A stretch of DNA of 63,605 bases, filler included, from Candidatus Eiseniibacteriota bacterium (GTDB taxonomy: Bacteria; Orphanbacterota; Orphanbacteria; Orphanbacterales; Orphanbacteraceae): assembly GCA_043809585.1 (NCBI GenBank). It is 6 parts of 6 records of this genome, joined end to end, with 100 filler letters (N's around TTAATTAATTAA, not from the genome) between each part and the next. Parts side by side here need not be neighbours in the genome. Positions count along the whole stretch, not along the records: positions 39,551 to 61,482 come from JBDROZ010000031.1; 5 more parts are not named here. The stretch is one strand, 5' to 3'. The notes beneath the pieces are model-generated. The model ran no database searches and was not told the origin of the DNA. It was given only the letters and a program-made list of their open reading frames with translations. Of this stretch, positions 40,021 to 49,888 are shown one piece after another. The position numbers were made by a program, and so were the translations under genes. Numbering within the stretch: position 1 is the first letter of the stretch; each line of letters starts with the position of its first letter.

Positions 40021-42060
40021 CTATCCCTTGCCCGCGATGATCGCGAGCACGATCGGCAGCAGAATGAGGAAGATCCCCATCAGACTCTCGCCGGCGATGA
40101 TGCCGGACGCCACGGGGAAGGTATACAGCGCGTCCCTCTTCGGCCACTTCTTCTTCACCACGTAGCCGATCACGCCTCCCACGAACATGGAAAAACCGTA
40201 ATAGAAATGGAAGGTGAACGCGAGGCCGAGGCCCATGGGGGACGGGATCCACATGTGGTACTTGGGCGGCGTGATCCGCTGAAGCGCGACGAGCAGGATG
40301 CCGACCAGGCCGCCGATGATCAGCGCGAGCCGCGCCGTGGGATGCAGGGCGCCGAGGCCGGCGGAGAGGAGCTTCGCCACCGACGCCCAGACCATCGCCG
40401 CCGGCGCGGGCCACTGGGCGGTGCCGAGCGACGTCGCATCCGGGACGAGCAGGTAGAACACGGGCACCGTGACCGCCGTGCCCACGAAGATGCCGGCGAA
40501 CTGGGCGAGGAACTGTTTTCGCGGGTTCGCGCCGAGCACGTAACCGCTCTTGAGGTCGATGAGGAGGTCCGACGCGCTGTCCGCCACGCCCGCCGTGATG
40601 CACGCCGCCATCAGATTGATGTTCTGCGTCTGTACCGGCGCATTCACGCGGAGCGACTTCGGCGTGATGGCGCCGTACATCAGCTGCGTCACCTTCCCCA
40701 TGGCCCCGACGGGGGTCGTGTCCGTCTCGCCGGCCACGCGGCACGCCACGAGGGCGAGAAAGAACGAGAGGATCACGGCGAGGATCCCCATCCAGACGGG
40801 CATCTGGAAACCGACGTGGGCGACCCAGATGACGCCGACGGCGCCGACGAGCCCGCCCGCGGCGAACCAGAGCGGGGGGACCTCGACCTTTTCCATCTCG
40901 GCGAGCGCGTCCGTGAGATGGTCCTTCTTGCGCGGCGAGAAGAGGTTGGTCAGCCCCGAGAGAGCCCGCCCCACGGCGCGCCACTGGAACGCGAAGGCGA
41001 GGAGGCCGCTCGTCACCATGCACGACGCGCCTCCCCAGAGGGACCACGAAACCATGCTCCGGTAGTCGAGGGATTCGATGACGCCGATCTGATACATGTG
41101 CGGCACCAGAATCCCCCAGCAGAGGACGGCGCCGATGAGCACGCTCGTGGCGACTCGGATCCCCATCAGCGCTCCGCCCGCGACGAGGAGAAGGCTCCCT
41201 TCGGCGCCGACCGTGTAGCGGAACATCGACTGCCCGAAGAGCGGGTAGGCGGCGTGAATCAGCACGAACTGGCTCGTCGTCGCGCCGATTTCGCGGAGCA
41301 TGTCCATGCCGTCCCGGAGGAGAGTGATGAGCGCCCCGAGACCGCCGGCGATGAAGAGGGACCGGGCCGACTTCTCCCCCTCCTCGGCGCTCGTCACCGT
41401 CCCTTCGACGTCGGCCACCGCTTCGAGCGCCTTTTCCTCCGCCGACTTGTCCTCGGAGGCGCCTTCCCCCTCCGGCTTCGCCTCCGCCGCCTCCGCTTCG
41501 ATCGTCGGCCCCTCGAGGGCGGGGACATGTTCGATGTCGGCGTGAAGACTGCGAAGCGTCATGGCGGCGGCGATCCCCGACGGAAACCGGAGCCGCTCGA
41601 TGTTGATCATCTGCCGCTTCATCGGAATGGCGAGGGTGACGCCGAGCACGGCGAGGAAGAAGATCCACGCCGTGAGGAGCCCGTAGGGGATGTGCGCGCC
41701 CGTGACGAGCAGGAACGCCGCGATGGCCGAGACGAGCGTCCCCCCCGTGGAGTAGCCCGCCGACGACGCCGTCGACTGCATGGCGTTGTTCTCGAGCACG
41801 GTCATGTCGCTCTTGACGAGACCCACCTTGCGCAGCGCCTTCCAGATGGCGAAGGAGAGGACGCAGGCGGTGATTGCCACGCCGAAGCCCCACCCGGTCT
41901 TGAGGCCGATGTACAGGTTGGTGAGCGAGAGAACCGCGCCGAGGCATCCCCCCATGATCACGGCGCGCCAGGTGAGCTGCCGCATGTCCCCTCGGTAGTG
42001 CTTCCGGAACCACTGAAGCTCGAGTTCGTCCGGTGTCATCTTCCGATCGGTCGCCGCCAT
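40021..42060 (-). CDS. OPT/YSL-family oligopeptide transporter
   Basis: QLTWRAVIMG, NLYIGLKTGW, LENNAMQSTASS, LRFPSGIA, GETDTTP, DLKSGY, ASGIIAGESLMG. Confidence 0.92.
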   Translation of the reverse strand: MAATDRKMTPDELELQWFRKHYRGDMRQLTWRAVIMGGCLGAVLSLTNLYIGLKTGWGFGVAITACVLSFAIWKALRKVGLVKSDMTVLENNAMQSTASSAGYSTGGTLVSAIAAFLLVTGAHIPYGLLTAWIFFLAVLGVTLAIPMKRQMINIERLRFPSGIAAAMTLRSLHADIEHVPALEGPTIEAEAAEAKPEGEGASEDKSAEEKALEAVADVEGTVTSAEEGEKSARSLFIAGGLGALITLLRDGMDMLREIGATTSQFVLIHAAYPLFGQSMFRYTVGAEGSLLLVAGGALMGIRVATSVLIGAVLCWGILVPHMYQIGVIESLDYRSMVSWSLWGGASCMVTSGLLAFAFQWRAVGRALSGLTNLFSPRKKDHLTDALAEMEKVEVPPLWFAAGGLVGAVGVIWVAHVGFQMPVWMGILAVILSFFLALVACRVAGETDTTPVGAMGKVTQLMYGAITPKSLRVNAPVQTQNINLMAACITAGVADSASDLLIDLKSGYVLGANPRKQFLAQFAGIFVGTAVTVPVFYLLVPDATSLGTAQWPAPAAMVWASVAKLLSAGLGALHPTARLALIIGGLVGILLVALQRITPPKYHMWIPSPMGLGLAFTFHFYYGFSMFVGGVIGYVVKKKWPKRDALYTFPVASGIIAGESLMGIFLILLPIVLAIIAGKG

Positions 42061-42227
42061 GGGGTTCCTTTCTCTATGGAGGGGGCTTCGGTGAAAGACG
42101 TTCCGAAGCATACCCGCGGGGAGCGGCTTTGGCAATCTCCCGTAACCGAATGGACCGGATCCCGCCGGGCGGATAGAATGAAGGGGCCCTACGACCGGCG
42201 GGATCCCCCACCCCGGAGAGCACGATC

Positions 42228-42949
42228 ATGAGACGGCTGACCGCGCTGTACGCCCTCTTCGTTCTACTTCACCTCGCGGCGTCATTCCTTTTCCCCGAGC
42301 GCCTCTGGGGCGTTCATCACTTGCGGTGCCTTCCGCCGGCCGCGGCCTCTCTCTGGATGCTCGCCGCCCTCTCTCTCTTCATCCCCGGGGTGAGGCGACA
42401 TCTCGCGGCCGCCGCCTTCCGGGTCACGGAGGCGGGGAGGGCGCGGGATACGACGCCGAGGCGGAGGCGGTCTTCGAGAAGGCCCTCGCCGTTCGCGAGG
42501 ATCCGACGAACCTGACCAATCTCGGCGTGATTAGGGCCGCCCGGGGGAGGACGAACGAGGGGATTCCCCTTCTCGCACGGGCTCTCGAGATCGATCCGGA
42601 CTACGGCAACGCTCTTTGGTCTCTCGCCCGGATTCGATTCGAAGAGAGAAACCCCGTGGCGGCCGAATCTCTCCTGCGGCACCTTCTTTCCATCGAACCG
42701 GGGAGGACGGAAGCACTTCGACTGCTCGGACGATGTCTCCTCGCAACGGACCGCCCCGCCGAAGCGATCCCCCATCTCCGGGCCGCGACGGAGAGATCGT
42801 CCGGGGACTCCCCCCTCGGGACGGATCTCGGCGTGGCCCTTGCCCGGGCCGGAAAGGTCGACGAAGCTCGGGTCGCTCTCAGGAAGGCATGCGATCTCGA
42901 TCCCGAGAACCGGATCGCCCGGAACCTGCGGGAGAGTCTCGGCGACTAG
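42228..42949 (+). pseudogene. Frame-broken membrane protein/TPR gene, probably internally deleted
   Basis: Hydrophobic N-terminus (LWGVHHL) in one frame, TPR repeats (EKALAV, NLG, ALEIDPDY, LGVALARAG) in another from about 42440 with no start codon of their own. Confidence 0.6.
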
Positions 42950-43707
42950 GGCCGGAGCGCCGGCTCGACGTGGCGCTTCCGGAGCTCCTCGAGACGCCGG
43001 CCGAGAGCCAGCGAGTCGGCGAGGGCGGGACCGAACTCCCGGAAGGGGCGGGAGAGACGGAACCGGGCGATGTCTTGATGCCACGCCTCCGCCGCCATTC
43101 CCCCGGCGAGGAGGACCCGGTACCAGCCCACCGCGAACGACGTTCCTCCGGCGGATACGGACTCGGCGAAGCGAAAGGCGTGGAAGAGGAGCATCTCCCG
43201 GAGGGGCACGGCACGCCGGAAGATGTGAAGCCAGTGGGCATGGTGGGAATCCGGGAGGATCCGGAAAGGGATCCCTTCGCGGCCCCTGCGCGCGATCGCG
43301 AGGGCGAGACCGACTTGATCGCTCCTCGTCACCGCCCGGTCCCCCGGAACGCCATCGTCAAAAAGCCGCGCGCTCCTTCGGATGAAGTCCGCCCAGAGGG
43401 AACCGAACCAGATTCCCCGGGGGATCCAGAGCACGCCGCCGCCGTAATACGGGATCATCCGGTGAACATCCCCCGCCTGCCCCGGGTAGCGGTGTTCCCG
43501 CGGGATAGGACAGTCGAGCCTCCCCCTCATGCGACGCCGCACCGAATCGGGGGGCTCGCCGACGCAGACCATGTGAAGGGGAACTCCGGAAGCCGCCCCT
43601 CCGTAATCGATCCAACTCGCGAGAAAGAAAAGGGCCCGAGTCTCGAAGTCGGGACGCTTCCCCGGACGGAAGTCGGGGACCGTGACCACATCGAAGGGAA
43701 CGGACAA
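42946..43707 (-). CDS. Hypothetical, glycosyltransferase-like protein, possibly degenerate
   Basis: C-terminal part of track ORF 42946..45057: FETRALFFLASW, PYYGGGVLWIP, SDQVGLALAI, LLFH resemble GT8-like NxG/DQ motifs. TTG start at 43707. Confidence 0.5.
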   Translation of the reverse strand: MSVPFDVVTVPDFRPGKRPDFETRALFFLASWIDYGGAASGVPLHMVCVGEPPDSVRRRMRGRLDCPIPREHRYPGQAGDVHRMIPYYGGGVLWIPRGIWFGSLWADFIRRSARLFDDGVPGDRAVTRSDQVGLALAIARRGREGIPFRILPDSHHAHWLHIFRRAVPLREMLLFHAFRFAESVSAGGTSFAVGWYRVLLAGGMAAEAWHQDIARFRLSRPFREFGPALADSLALGRRLEELRKRHVEPALRP

Positions 43708-43721
43708 GAGATGCCCCCAGG

Positions 43722-45236
43722 CTAGCTCTTCACCACGAAGAAGGCCTTGGCCTGGTCGGTCGCCCCGTCCGCGAGGTCCTTCACCCGTATGATCAGTGTG
43801 TAGCGATCCTCGGGAAGGGACTCGGTGTCGAGGGAGATCCGGCGGGCCGCCATGCTCCCGTCGCTCTGGGAGCGGAAGGTCTGGCTGATCCCCTGCTCGA
43901 GCCTCCCCTCGCTGCTCCCGCCGAAGAAGCTGACGAAGCGCTCCGCCTTCGTTCCGAAGAGTGTGTACTCCACCTCGTAGAGCCCCTTCCCCCCTTCGCC
44001 GGTCGTGATGTGATACACCTCGAAATAGACGTTTACATCCTCGCCGGGGGCGTAGATGCGGATCGGCCGGGGCACGATCCGGTATCCCCCGCGGAGGTAC
44101 GCTCCCTCCGCGCGGGTTTCCCGGTCGAAGGAAACGGCGAAGAGGAGGTCGCTGACGCGGACCGAGTCTCCCCCGAAGTCGGGCGCCTCCACGGGCGTTT
44201 CCATGATGCCGTGGTTTTGCGAGCGCACGTCGATGACCCGGAGGGCGAGATTGTAGAAACCGGGAGCGACGGAGAAGGAATCGCTCGTGACGATCCACGA
44301 GGAGCGCCCCCCGACCGGGTCGGAGGCGTGGACGAGGTTCTCCACGTGCCGCTCCACGAGGTTCAGGTTCTCGTCCAGCAGGGCGCTGCGGCGCTGGATC
44401 TTCGCCGTCTCCCGCCCCTCCTCGACCGCCCATTCCGTCTTTTCGAGGGGAACGAGAAAGCCGACGAGCAGGTCGGTCTTCCCCCCCGCGCCGGCGAAGG
44501 AGGTGACGTCGAAGAAGAAGCGGAACGTCTCCGACCCTTCGTAATCGTAGTCGTTGATCTCCGGCACCTTCACCCACCGGTGCTTGCCGTCCTCCTGGAA
44601 GCGGCGGGCGAGGGTCGGATCGACTTCGACATCGTTCACCTTCAGGAACTGCTCGAAGCTCTCCTCGAAGAGAAGCTCGTCGTCCACGGACCATCCCGTG
44701 TCCTCCCGCAGGTTCTGGTCCAGGCCTCCGATGAGAGAGACCTTCTCGTCGAGTCCCTCGACGTACTCCCCCCGGAGGCGCCAGTCCTCGAACCAGAGGA
44801 TCATGTCCGGGTAGAGCCAAAACTCCCGGGGCGGGACCATCCCGGTGTGGATCGCGACCTCGCCCGGAAGAATCTCCCGGCGGTCCGGTATTCCGAAACG
44901 GATGTACGACTTCGCCCGGTCGTCGTAGACGAACCGGTCGTCCTCGTTCCGGAAGGTGCGGATCGCCTCGACGACGCGCCGCTGGTGCTCCATCTCCCGC
45001 TGGTTTTCGTCGGTGGTCGGCGTGGGGTCCGCGGCCGCCCAGAACCGGCGGCGCCACTCGGCCCGGTCTTCGGGCGGGTACGATTCGTATTCGAGGCGCC
45101 GGTCCTCGCTCAGGATGACGGTGAAGAAACGGTCCTCCCCCGGATGGGGCTCGACGTACTCCTCCCCGTCCGCGGCGGGTAGGGCCGGCGCGAGAAGGAG
45201 GATCAGAAGGATCGCATGAAAGATCGCGGTCGACAT
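43722..45236 (-). CDS. GWxTD-domain-like exported protein
   Basis: Signal peptide; FWAAADPTPTTDENQREMEHQRRV...YDDRAKSYIRFGIPD; C-terminal VYFEVY Ig-like domain. Confidence 0.78.
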   Translation of the reverse strand: MSTAIFHAILLILLLAPALPAADGEEYVEPHPGEDRFFTVILSEDRRLEYESYPPEDRAEWRRRFWAAADPTPTTDENQREMEHQRRVVEAIRTFRNEDDRFVYDDRAKSYIRFGIPDRREILPGEVAIHTGMVPPREFWLYPDMILWFEDWRLRGEYVEGLDEKVSLIGGLDQNLREDTGWSVDDELLFEESFEQFLKVNDVEVDPTLARRFQEDGKHRWVKVPEINDYDYEGSETFRFFFDVTSFAGAGGKTDLLVGFLVPLEKTEWAVEEGRETAKIQRRSALLDENLNLVERHVENLVHASDPVGGRSSWIVTSDSFSVAPGFYNLALRVIDVRSQNHGIMETPVEAPDFGGDSVRVSDLLFAVSFDRETRAEGAYLRGGYRIVPRPIRIYAPGEDVNVYFEVYHITTGEGGKGLYEVEYTLFGTKAERFVSFFGGSSEGRLEQGISQTFRSQSDGSMAARRISLDTESLPEDRYTLIIRVKDLADGATDQAKAFFVVKS

Positions 45237-45294
45237 GGGCGCCTCACGGGGGGACCGTCACCGGGGCTGTCACCCCGTTCCCCCCCGGCAGGTT

Positions 45295-46722
45295 CTACTC
45301 GGTGATGGTGAAGTCCGCCGAGACCCGATCCGTTCGATCCGAGGTCAGATCCCGGGCCTCCAGGACGAGCGCATAGGCCCCCGCGGGCAGCCCCGCCGTC
45401 TCGAGGGCGATGTGCCGGCCCCCGCCCGGCCCCCGGAGGACCGATGCGAATTTTTCGATCCGGCCGGGCTCGAACTTCCCGCCGTCCGTGCCGCCGAAGG
45501 AAGCGGCCCAGTCGCCGGGAGGGCCTTCGAGGCGGTAGTCGATTTCCATATAGTAGCGCCCGTCCCGATCCTCCCGCACGTGACCGATCTCGAAGTAGAA
45601 GTGGACCGTTTCCCCCCGGGAGAAGCGCCCCCCCGGGCGGGGGACGATCCGGTGTTCCCTTCTTTCGTAGAGGCCCTTCTGCCGGAAACTGGTGGTCACC
45701 TTCCCCGCGACCACCGGCCCGCCGACGCGGATGTCCGGCCCGCCGTAGTCGGGCACGACGATGTTCGTGAAGCGAATCTCCCGCGGCCCCGCCCCCTCCT
45801 CGTCCAGCCGGAGAACGAGCTGGTATTCCCCCGGCGCCACGGAGAAGGTGTCGACGGTTACGAATCCGCCCGCCGGATCGCCGCCGACGCCCCCCCGGAG
45901 GGCGGTGTCTTCCCCGCGCGCCACGATCGCGAGCACAGAGTCCCGGATCGCCGCGCGCCGCCGGAAAATGACCGGCGCCCCGTCCCGGACGGACGCCGAA
46001 TCGGGGACGAGGAGAGCGACGAGCACGTCCGTCTTCCCGTCCGCCCCGGGAAAAGCCCAGTAGTCGTGAACGAAACCGACGGATCGTCCCGTCTCGGGGG
46101 CGAATCCGTTCCGCTCCGGAACTTCGTCCCACAGCCTCGCGCCCTCCCCCACGAGTCGCCGACCTTCCTCGGGCACGAGCCCCTCGGCGCGAAAGGCCTC
46201 GTCCATCGCCTCCCGGGTTCCGGCTTCGCCCTCCGCCGTTCTTCCTGACGGGGATATCCGGATCCCCTGCCGGTAGCTCCCCTCGCCGCTCCGGGCCTCG
46301 AATCCGAAAACGAAATCGCCGTAGAACCAGATCTCCCTCAGGACCCCGTCCCCCCCGTCCGGGGCGGAGACCGAGAGGGGCTCGCCGAAACGGACGAGGG
46401 CCCGCGCCCGGTCGTCCCAAACGAAGAACCCCGAAATTTCGCGAAACCGGCGAATCGCCGCGACCACCCGCCGTTGGTGCTCCCTCTCCCGTTCGTTGAT
46501 TTCCGTGGTCGGCGTCGGGTCGAGGCGCGCCCACCGGGCTCTCCGGAACGCCCCTTTCTCCTCGTCGGGCAGAAACTCGTACACCGCCCGCTCCTCCTCG
46601 GAGAGCACGACCGTGAAGAACCGGTCCTCCATCGGGCGAGGTTCGTCTGTTTCCACGCCCGCCCTGAGGGGGACGGCGGCGGCGAACGAGCAAACGAGAA
46701 CGATGCCGATGCCTGATTTCAT
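45295..46722 (-). CDS. GWxTD-domain-like exported protein, paralog
   Basis: WARLDPTPTTEINEREREHQRRV...WDDRARALVRFGEP; HFYFEI. Start placed at ATG 46722. Confidence 0.78.
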   Translation of the reverse strand: MKSGIGIVLVCSFAAAVPLRAGVETDEPRPMEDRFFTVVLSEEERAVYEFLPDEEKGAFRRARWARLDPTPTTEINEREREHQRRVVAAIRRFREISGFFVWDDRARALVRFGEPLSVSAPDGGDGVLREIWFYGDFVFGFEARSGEGSYRQGIRISPSGRTAEGEAGTREAMDEAFRAEGLVPEEGRRLVGEGARLWDEVPERNGFAPETGRSVGFVHDYWAFPGADGKTDVLVALLVPDSASVRDGAPVIFRRRAAIRDSVLAIVARGEDTALRGGVGGDPAGGFVTVDTFSVAPGEYQLVLRLDEEGAGPREIRFTNIVVPDYGGPDIRVGGPVVAGKVTTSFRQKGLYERREHRIVPRPGGRFSRGETVHFYFEIGHVREDRDGRYYMEIDYRLEGPPGDWAASFGGTDGGKFEPGRIEKFASVLRGPGGGRHIALETAGLPAGAYALVLEARDLTSDRTDRVSADFTITE

Positions 46723-46824
46723 GAAGACTCCCGCGCGGAGGTTCGACTCCTTCGATGTCGTCCCACTATACCGTGGTTCGGCGGAGACACAAGCTCGACG
46801 GAGCATGATGACGTGGGCGGGCAT

Positions 46825-47451
46825 TCAGGCGGAACGCGGGGACTTCTCCGGCAACTCCTCGGAAATCCGGACGGCGGCGGAAACAGGAAACCGGAGGCGC
46901 CCCAAGGTGATGGCGTAAATCGGTGTGAACGCGAGAATGAGCAGGTCGAGAAGGATCGATCTGTTCTCGACATACCAGAGGTCTTTCAGGAAGAGGGCGG
47001 GGCCGCCCCCCTCCGACCATGCGCGGTTCCGATGGCCGATCTGGGCGACTCCGGTCATCCCCGGCTTGACGGAAAGCCGGCGATCCACGAGGGCCGGAAC
47101 ATACCCGTGTCCCCCCATATCCGACGAGAACAGATCTTTGGCGAGGAGGGGACGGGGCCCCACGCAGGACATGTCTCCGCGGAGAACGAGAAGCAGCTGC
47201 GGGAGTTCATCCACGCCCGTACGCCGGGCGAGACGGAGTAGCGGCCCGGCCCGGAGGCTCCCCCTTTCCATCTTCAGGGAGCAGAACTTCAAGATTTGGA
47301 TCTTCTTTCCACGGAAGCCGACGCGTTCTTGGCGAAAGAAAAGGCCCGGATAGGAACCGGCGCGGGTGCAGAGCCACATGAAGGGGATCGTCGCCAGCAA
47401 GAAGGGGAGAAGCGCCAACGCGCAAGAGACATCGATCAACCGCCGGATCAC
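46825..47451 (-). CDS. Bacterial sugar transferase (monotopic phosphoglycosyl transferase)
   Basis: FFRQERVG, ILKF, DELPQL...GDMSCVGPRP, VKPGMTGVAQ, DLWYVEN. GTG start overlaps the upstream TGA. Confidence 0.9.
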   Translation of the reverse strand: MIRRLIDVSCALALLPFLLATIPFMWLCTRAGSYPGLFFRQERVGFRGKKIQILKFCSLKMERGSLRAGPLLRLARRTGVDELPQLLLVLRGDMSCVGPRPLLAKDLFSSDMGGHGYVPALVDRRLSVKPGMTGVAQIGHRNRAWSEGGGPALFLKDLWYVENRSILLDLLILAFTPIYAITLGRLRFPVSAAVRISEELPEKSPRSA

Positions 47452-48317
47452 GAGAGGAGCCTCCCTTCCCGCAGTTCGTCGAGATAGGTCTCCACGCTCG
47501 TGCAGGGAACGATGCGGAGGAGGTTTTCCATCTTTCTCCGGACGGTCGATCTTCCTCCGTAGTACCGCCATTTGTGCCACGGAGCGACGCTCACGGTCGG
47601 GGAACGAGGACAGAGATCTCGGGGATGCACGTAGTAAACCACGGGGCGATTCTGCCGGCGTACTCTTCTCGAGCAGCGGCGGATATACCACTCGGGAAGG
47701 AACCGCAAGAACCCGCCTCCCGAGAATACGACCGGCCACATGAGGACGGGTTCCGCCGAAACGGGGATTTCCCGAACGCCCCCGATTCCTTCCCCTTGTC
47801 GATGAGGGTCGTGCGGGCCTCCTCGAACACGGCGCCCGGGAAAGACACCGGGGAAACGGCTCGAATCGTATTCGATCCCTTCATCCCGCAGCACTTCGAG
47901 ATAGGAGAACGGGCACTCTCGAACACCGAAGCCGGGGGCCCGATAGCCGCGGGGACGGATTCCGGCGATGCGCTCGATCACCTCGGACGAACGCCGGAGA
48001 TCGTCTCGGAACTCGGCTTCCGTCATCGTGGATGGGGCCCGATGATGGTATCCGTGGGAGGCGAGACCGTGACCTCGGAGCCGGAGTTCCCGCACCAGAT
48101 CGGGCGTCCGTTCCGCGAGGGACCCGACGAGAAAAAACGTCGCCCTGCTTCGAAAGCGATCGAGAAGATCGAGAAGAGGACGAATGTCCTTCTCCACATG
48201 GAGCGGGGGCGGATCTCCCTCACTCGGGGAAGTTCGCCCCCGCCGGAGAATGTGAAACCAGTCCTCGTAGTCCACGGTGAGTATGTTCGGAGAACCGCTT
48301 TCCGCGTATCCGTTCAC
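47448..48317 (-). CDS. Polysaccharide deacetylase (DUF3473-type)
   Basis: TVDYEDWF, ATFFLVG, ASHGYHH, GYRAPGF, YDSS, GGGFLR, YVHPRD. Confidence 0.9.
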   Translation of the reverse strand: MNGYAESGSPNILTVDYEDWFHILRRGRTSPSEGDPPPLHVEKDIRPLLDLLDRFRSRATFFLVGSLAERTPDLVRELRLRGHGLASHGYHHRAPSTMTEAEFRDDLRRSSEVIERIAGIRPRGYRAPGFGVRECPFSYLEVLRDEGIEYDSSRFPGVFPGRRVRGGPHDPHRQGEGIGGVREIPVSAEPVLMWPVVFSGGGFLRFLPEWYIRRCSRRVRRQNRPVVYYVHPRDLCPRSPTVSVAPWHKWRYYGGRSTVRRKMENLLRIVPCTSVETYLDELREGRLLS

Positions 48318-49249
48318 CCGCTGACCCTCCTATGCGAGCGCAACAGGTTCCAGACGGAGAGGCCGACCAAGCGAACCGCGATACCTCCGAGCACGGGCAC
48401 CCCGGCGGGACTCCACCACCGGTTATATTTCAGGTAGTACAGGGCCATGGAGCGATGGAAGTGGTAGAGCATGCGGAACGTCGAGTGACGCGTCACCTCG
48501 CCCTTGAGGTGCACGACCGTGCCGGATGGGGCGTATCCGATCGCCCACCCCTTCTTGCCGGCGCGCAGGCACCAGTCCATCTCCTCGGCGTACATGAAGA
48601 AGCGCTCGTCCAGGGCGCCGATATCCCGGAGCGCCTCCCTTCGGATCATCATGTAGCAGGCGTCGATCAAGGGGACTTCCTGGGTGGTGTTCTCGTCCAA
48701 ATAGAAGGTGTCGTATCGGGCGAAGACCCGGCTCCGCGGGAACAGGCGACTGAGCCCGGTCATTCGCGCGAAGGCGTCCCACGGGGAAGGGAAAACCCTC
48801 TTACAAGAAGGGTCGAGAGAACCATCCGGTCGAACCACCTTCGCGGAAGCGGCGGCCCATTGCCGGTGATTGTCCATCGTACCGGCGGTGCTCTCGATCG
48901 CACCCGGGCCGACGATCGTGTCCGGGTTGAGAAGGAGAAGATAACGACCGGCGGCCGCGCGCATGCCCTGATTGCAGGCGGCGGCGAAACCCCGGTTTTC
49001 CGGGTTCCTCAGAACACAGACGTCCGGAAACCCGGCCCCCACCAGAGAGGCGGTGCCGTCGGGCGAGGCGTTGTCGACGACGATGCACTCGAGGCGTAAG
49101 GTCCCGGCGCCACCGGGCAGAGAAGCGAGGCAGTCGCCGATGAAGGCGCGGCAGTTATAGGTAACTATGATTACGGAAACGTCCGGGGCCAGGGATGCGG
49201 ATCGTTCGAATGCCGGGTCGGATCTTGGACCGGGACCGTCAAGGATCAT
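48314..49249 (-). CDS. Glycosyltransferase family 2 (WbbL-like)
   Basis: SVIIVTYN, VVDNASPDGT, NRGFAAACNQG, LLNPD, LDERFFMYAEEMDWC. Confidence 0.92.
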   Translation of the reverse strand: MILDGPGPRSDPAFERSASLAPDVSVIIVTYNCRAFIGDCLASLPGGAGTLRLECIVVDNASPDGTASLVGAGFPDVCVLRNPENRGFAAACNQGMRAAAGRYLLLLNPDTIVGPGAIESTAGTMDNHRQWAAASAKVVRPDGSLDPSCKRVFPSPWDAFARMTGLSRLFPRSRVFARYDTFYLDENTTQEVPLIDACYMMIRREALRDIGALDERFFMYAEEMDWCLRAGKKGWAIGYAPSGTVVHLKGEVTRHSTFRMLYHFHRSMALYYLKYNRWWSPAGVPVLGGIAVRLVGLSVWNLLRSHRRVSG

Positions 49250-49695
49250 AGAAGCCTCCCTCCACCACCACCCCCGGGGGACACCACGACGCCCGGGGAG
49301 GTGCCTCCGGCGACTTTACGGCAGGAAAGGGTAGGGAGAATTGTGCCGAAAAGCCGGAAGGCCTCCACCCCGAAGCAAATCCAAGAGAAACACGAGTGAG
49401 ATTGGCGACTCCTGATTCTTGGCTATTTTACATGAAGACAGCTTCGATTTCAACCCGTTTCCGAAGAGGCGGGTATCCGTCTTCGTCGATACCCCCGGGC
49501 CCCGCGGCCGGGCCGGGCGGTGGTTTCCTCCTTATCCTCTTTCGGGGGAAGCCTTGGTGCGTGCGGAGTTTCGCCGGGGGGGCGCGACAAGATTCAAGTG
49601 CGCCACGGGTCCCTTCGAGGAGGGGAAAGAAGGAGAATCGGGATCGTAGGCACTCGGTCACGCTCGCAGAAGGAATTCCAAACGAACCTCGGGCC

Positions 49696-49888
49696 CAGCC
49701 TTGATTTTTCATAAGATCTCGGCTCAAAGCGCTATCGCTCGCGTGCCAGCACGCCATCCGGAACCGTACTCGCCCTCACCATGGCTCACGTATTGTCAAA
49801 TACGCTCTCCATGGTTCGGGCTACGTGCGGCCCCGGCTGACGCACTCTCACGCGTTGGATCTCGAGTTTTTATGAAAGATCAAAGCTA
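49696..49888 (+). mobile_element. MITE family B, complete diverged copy (193 bp); its end is the DUF6029-like gene stop
   Basis: Imperfect TIRs GCCTTGATTTTTCATAAGATCTCG and CGAGTTTTTATGAAAGATCAAAGC-TA-G. Internal CGCTCGCG..AGCACGCCATC, GCTCAC and CTGACGCACTCTC are shared with the 29224 copy. Confidence 0.72.

Noticed and set aside
43717-43724. TAGCCTGG at the GWxTD-like stop as a family A remnant
   Set aside because: Only 8 bp match and nothing further aligns; could be chance.
42946-45057. 703-aa ORF as a single gene
   Set aside because: Its first 450 or so codons overlap the GWxTD-like gene in another frame; only the part from about 43707 looks coding.
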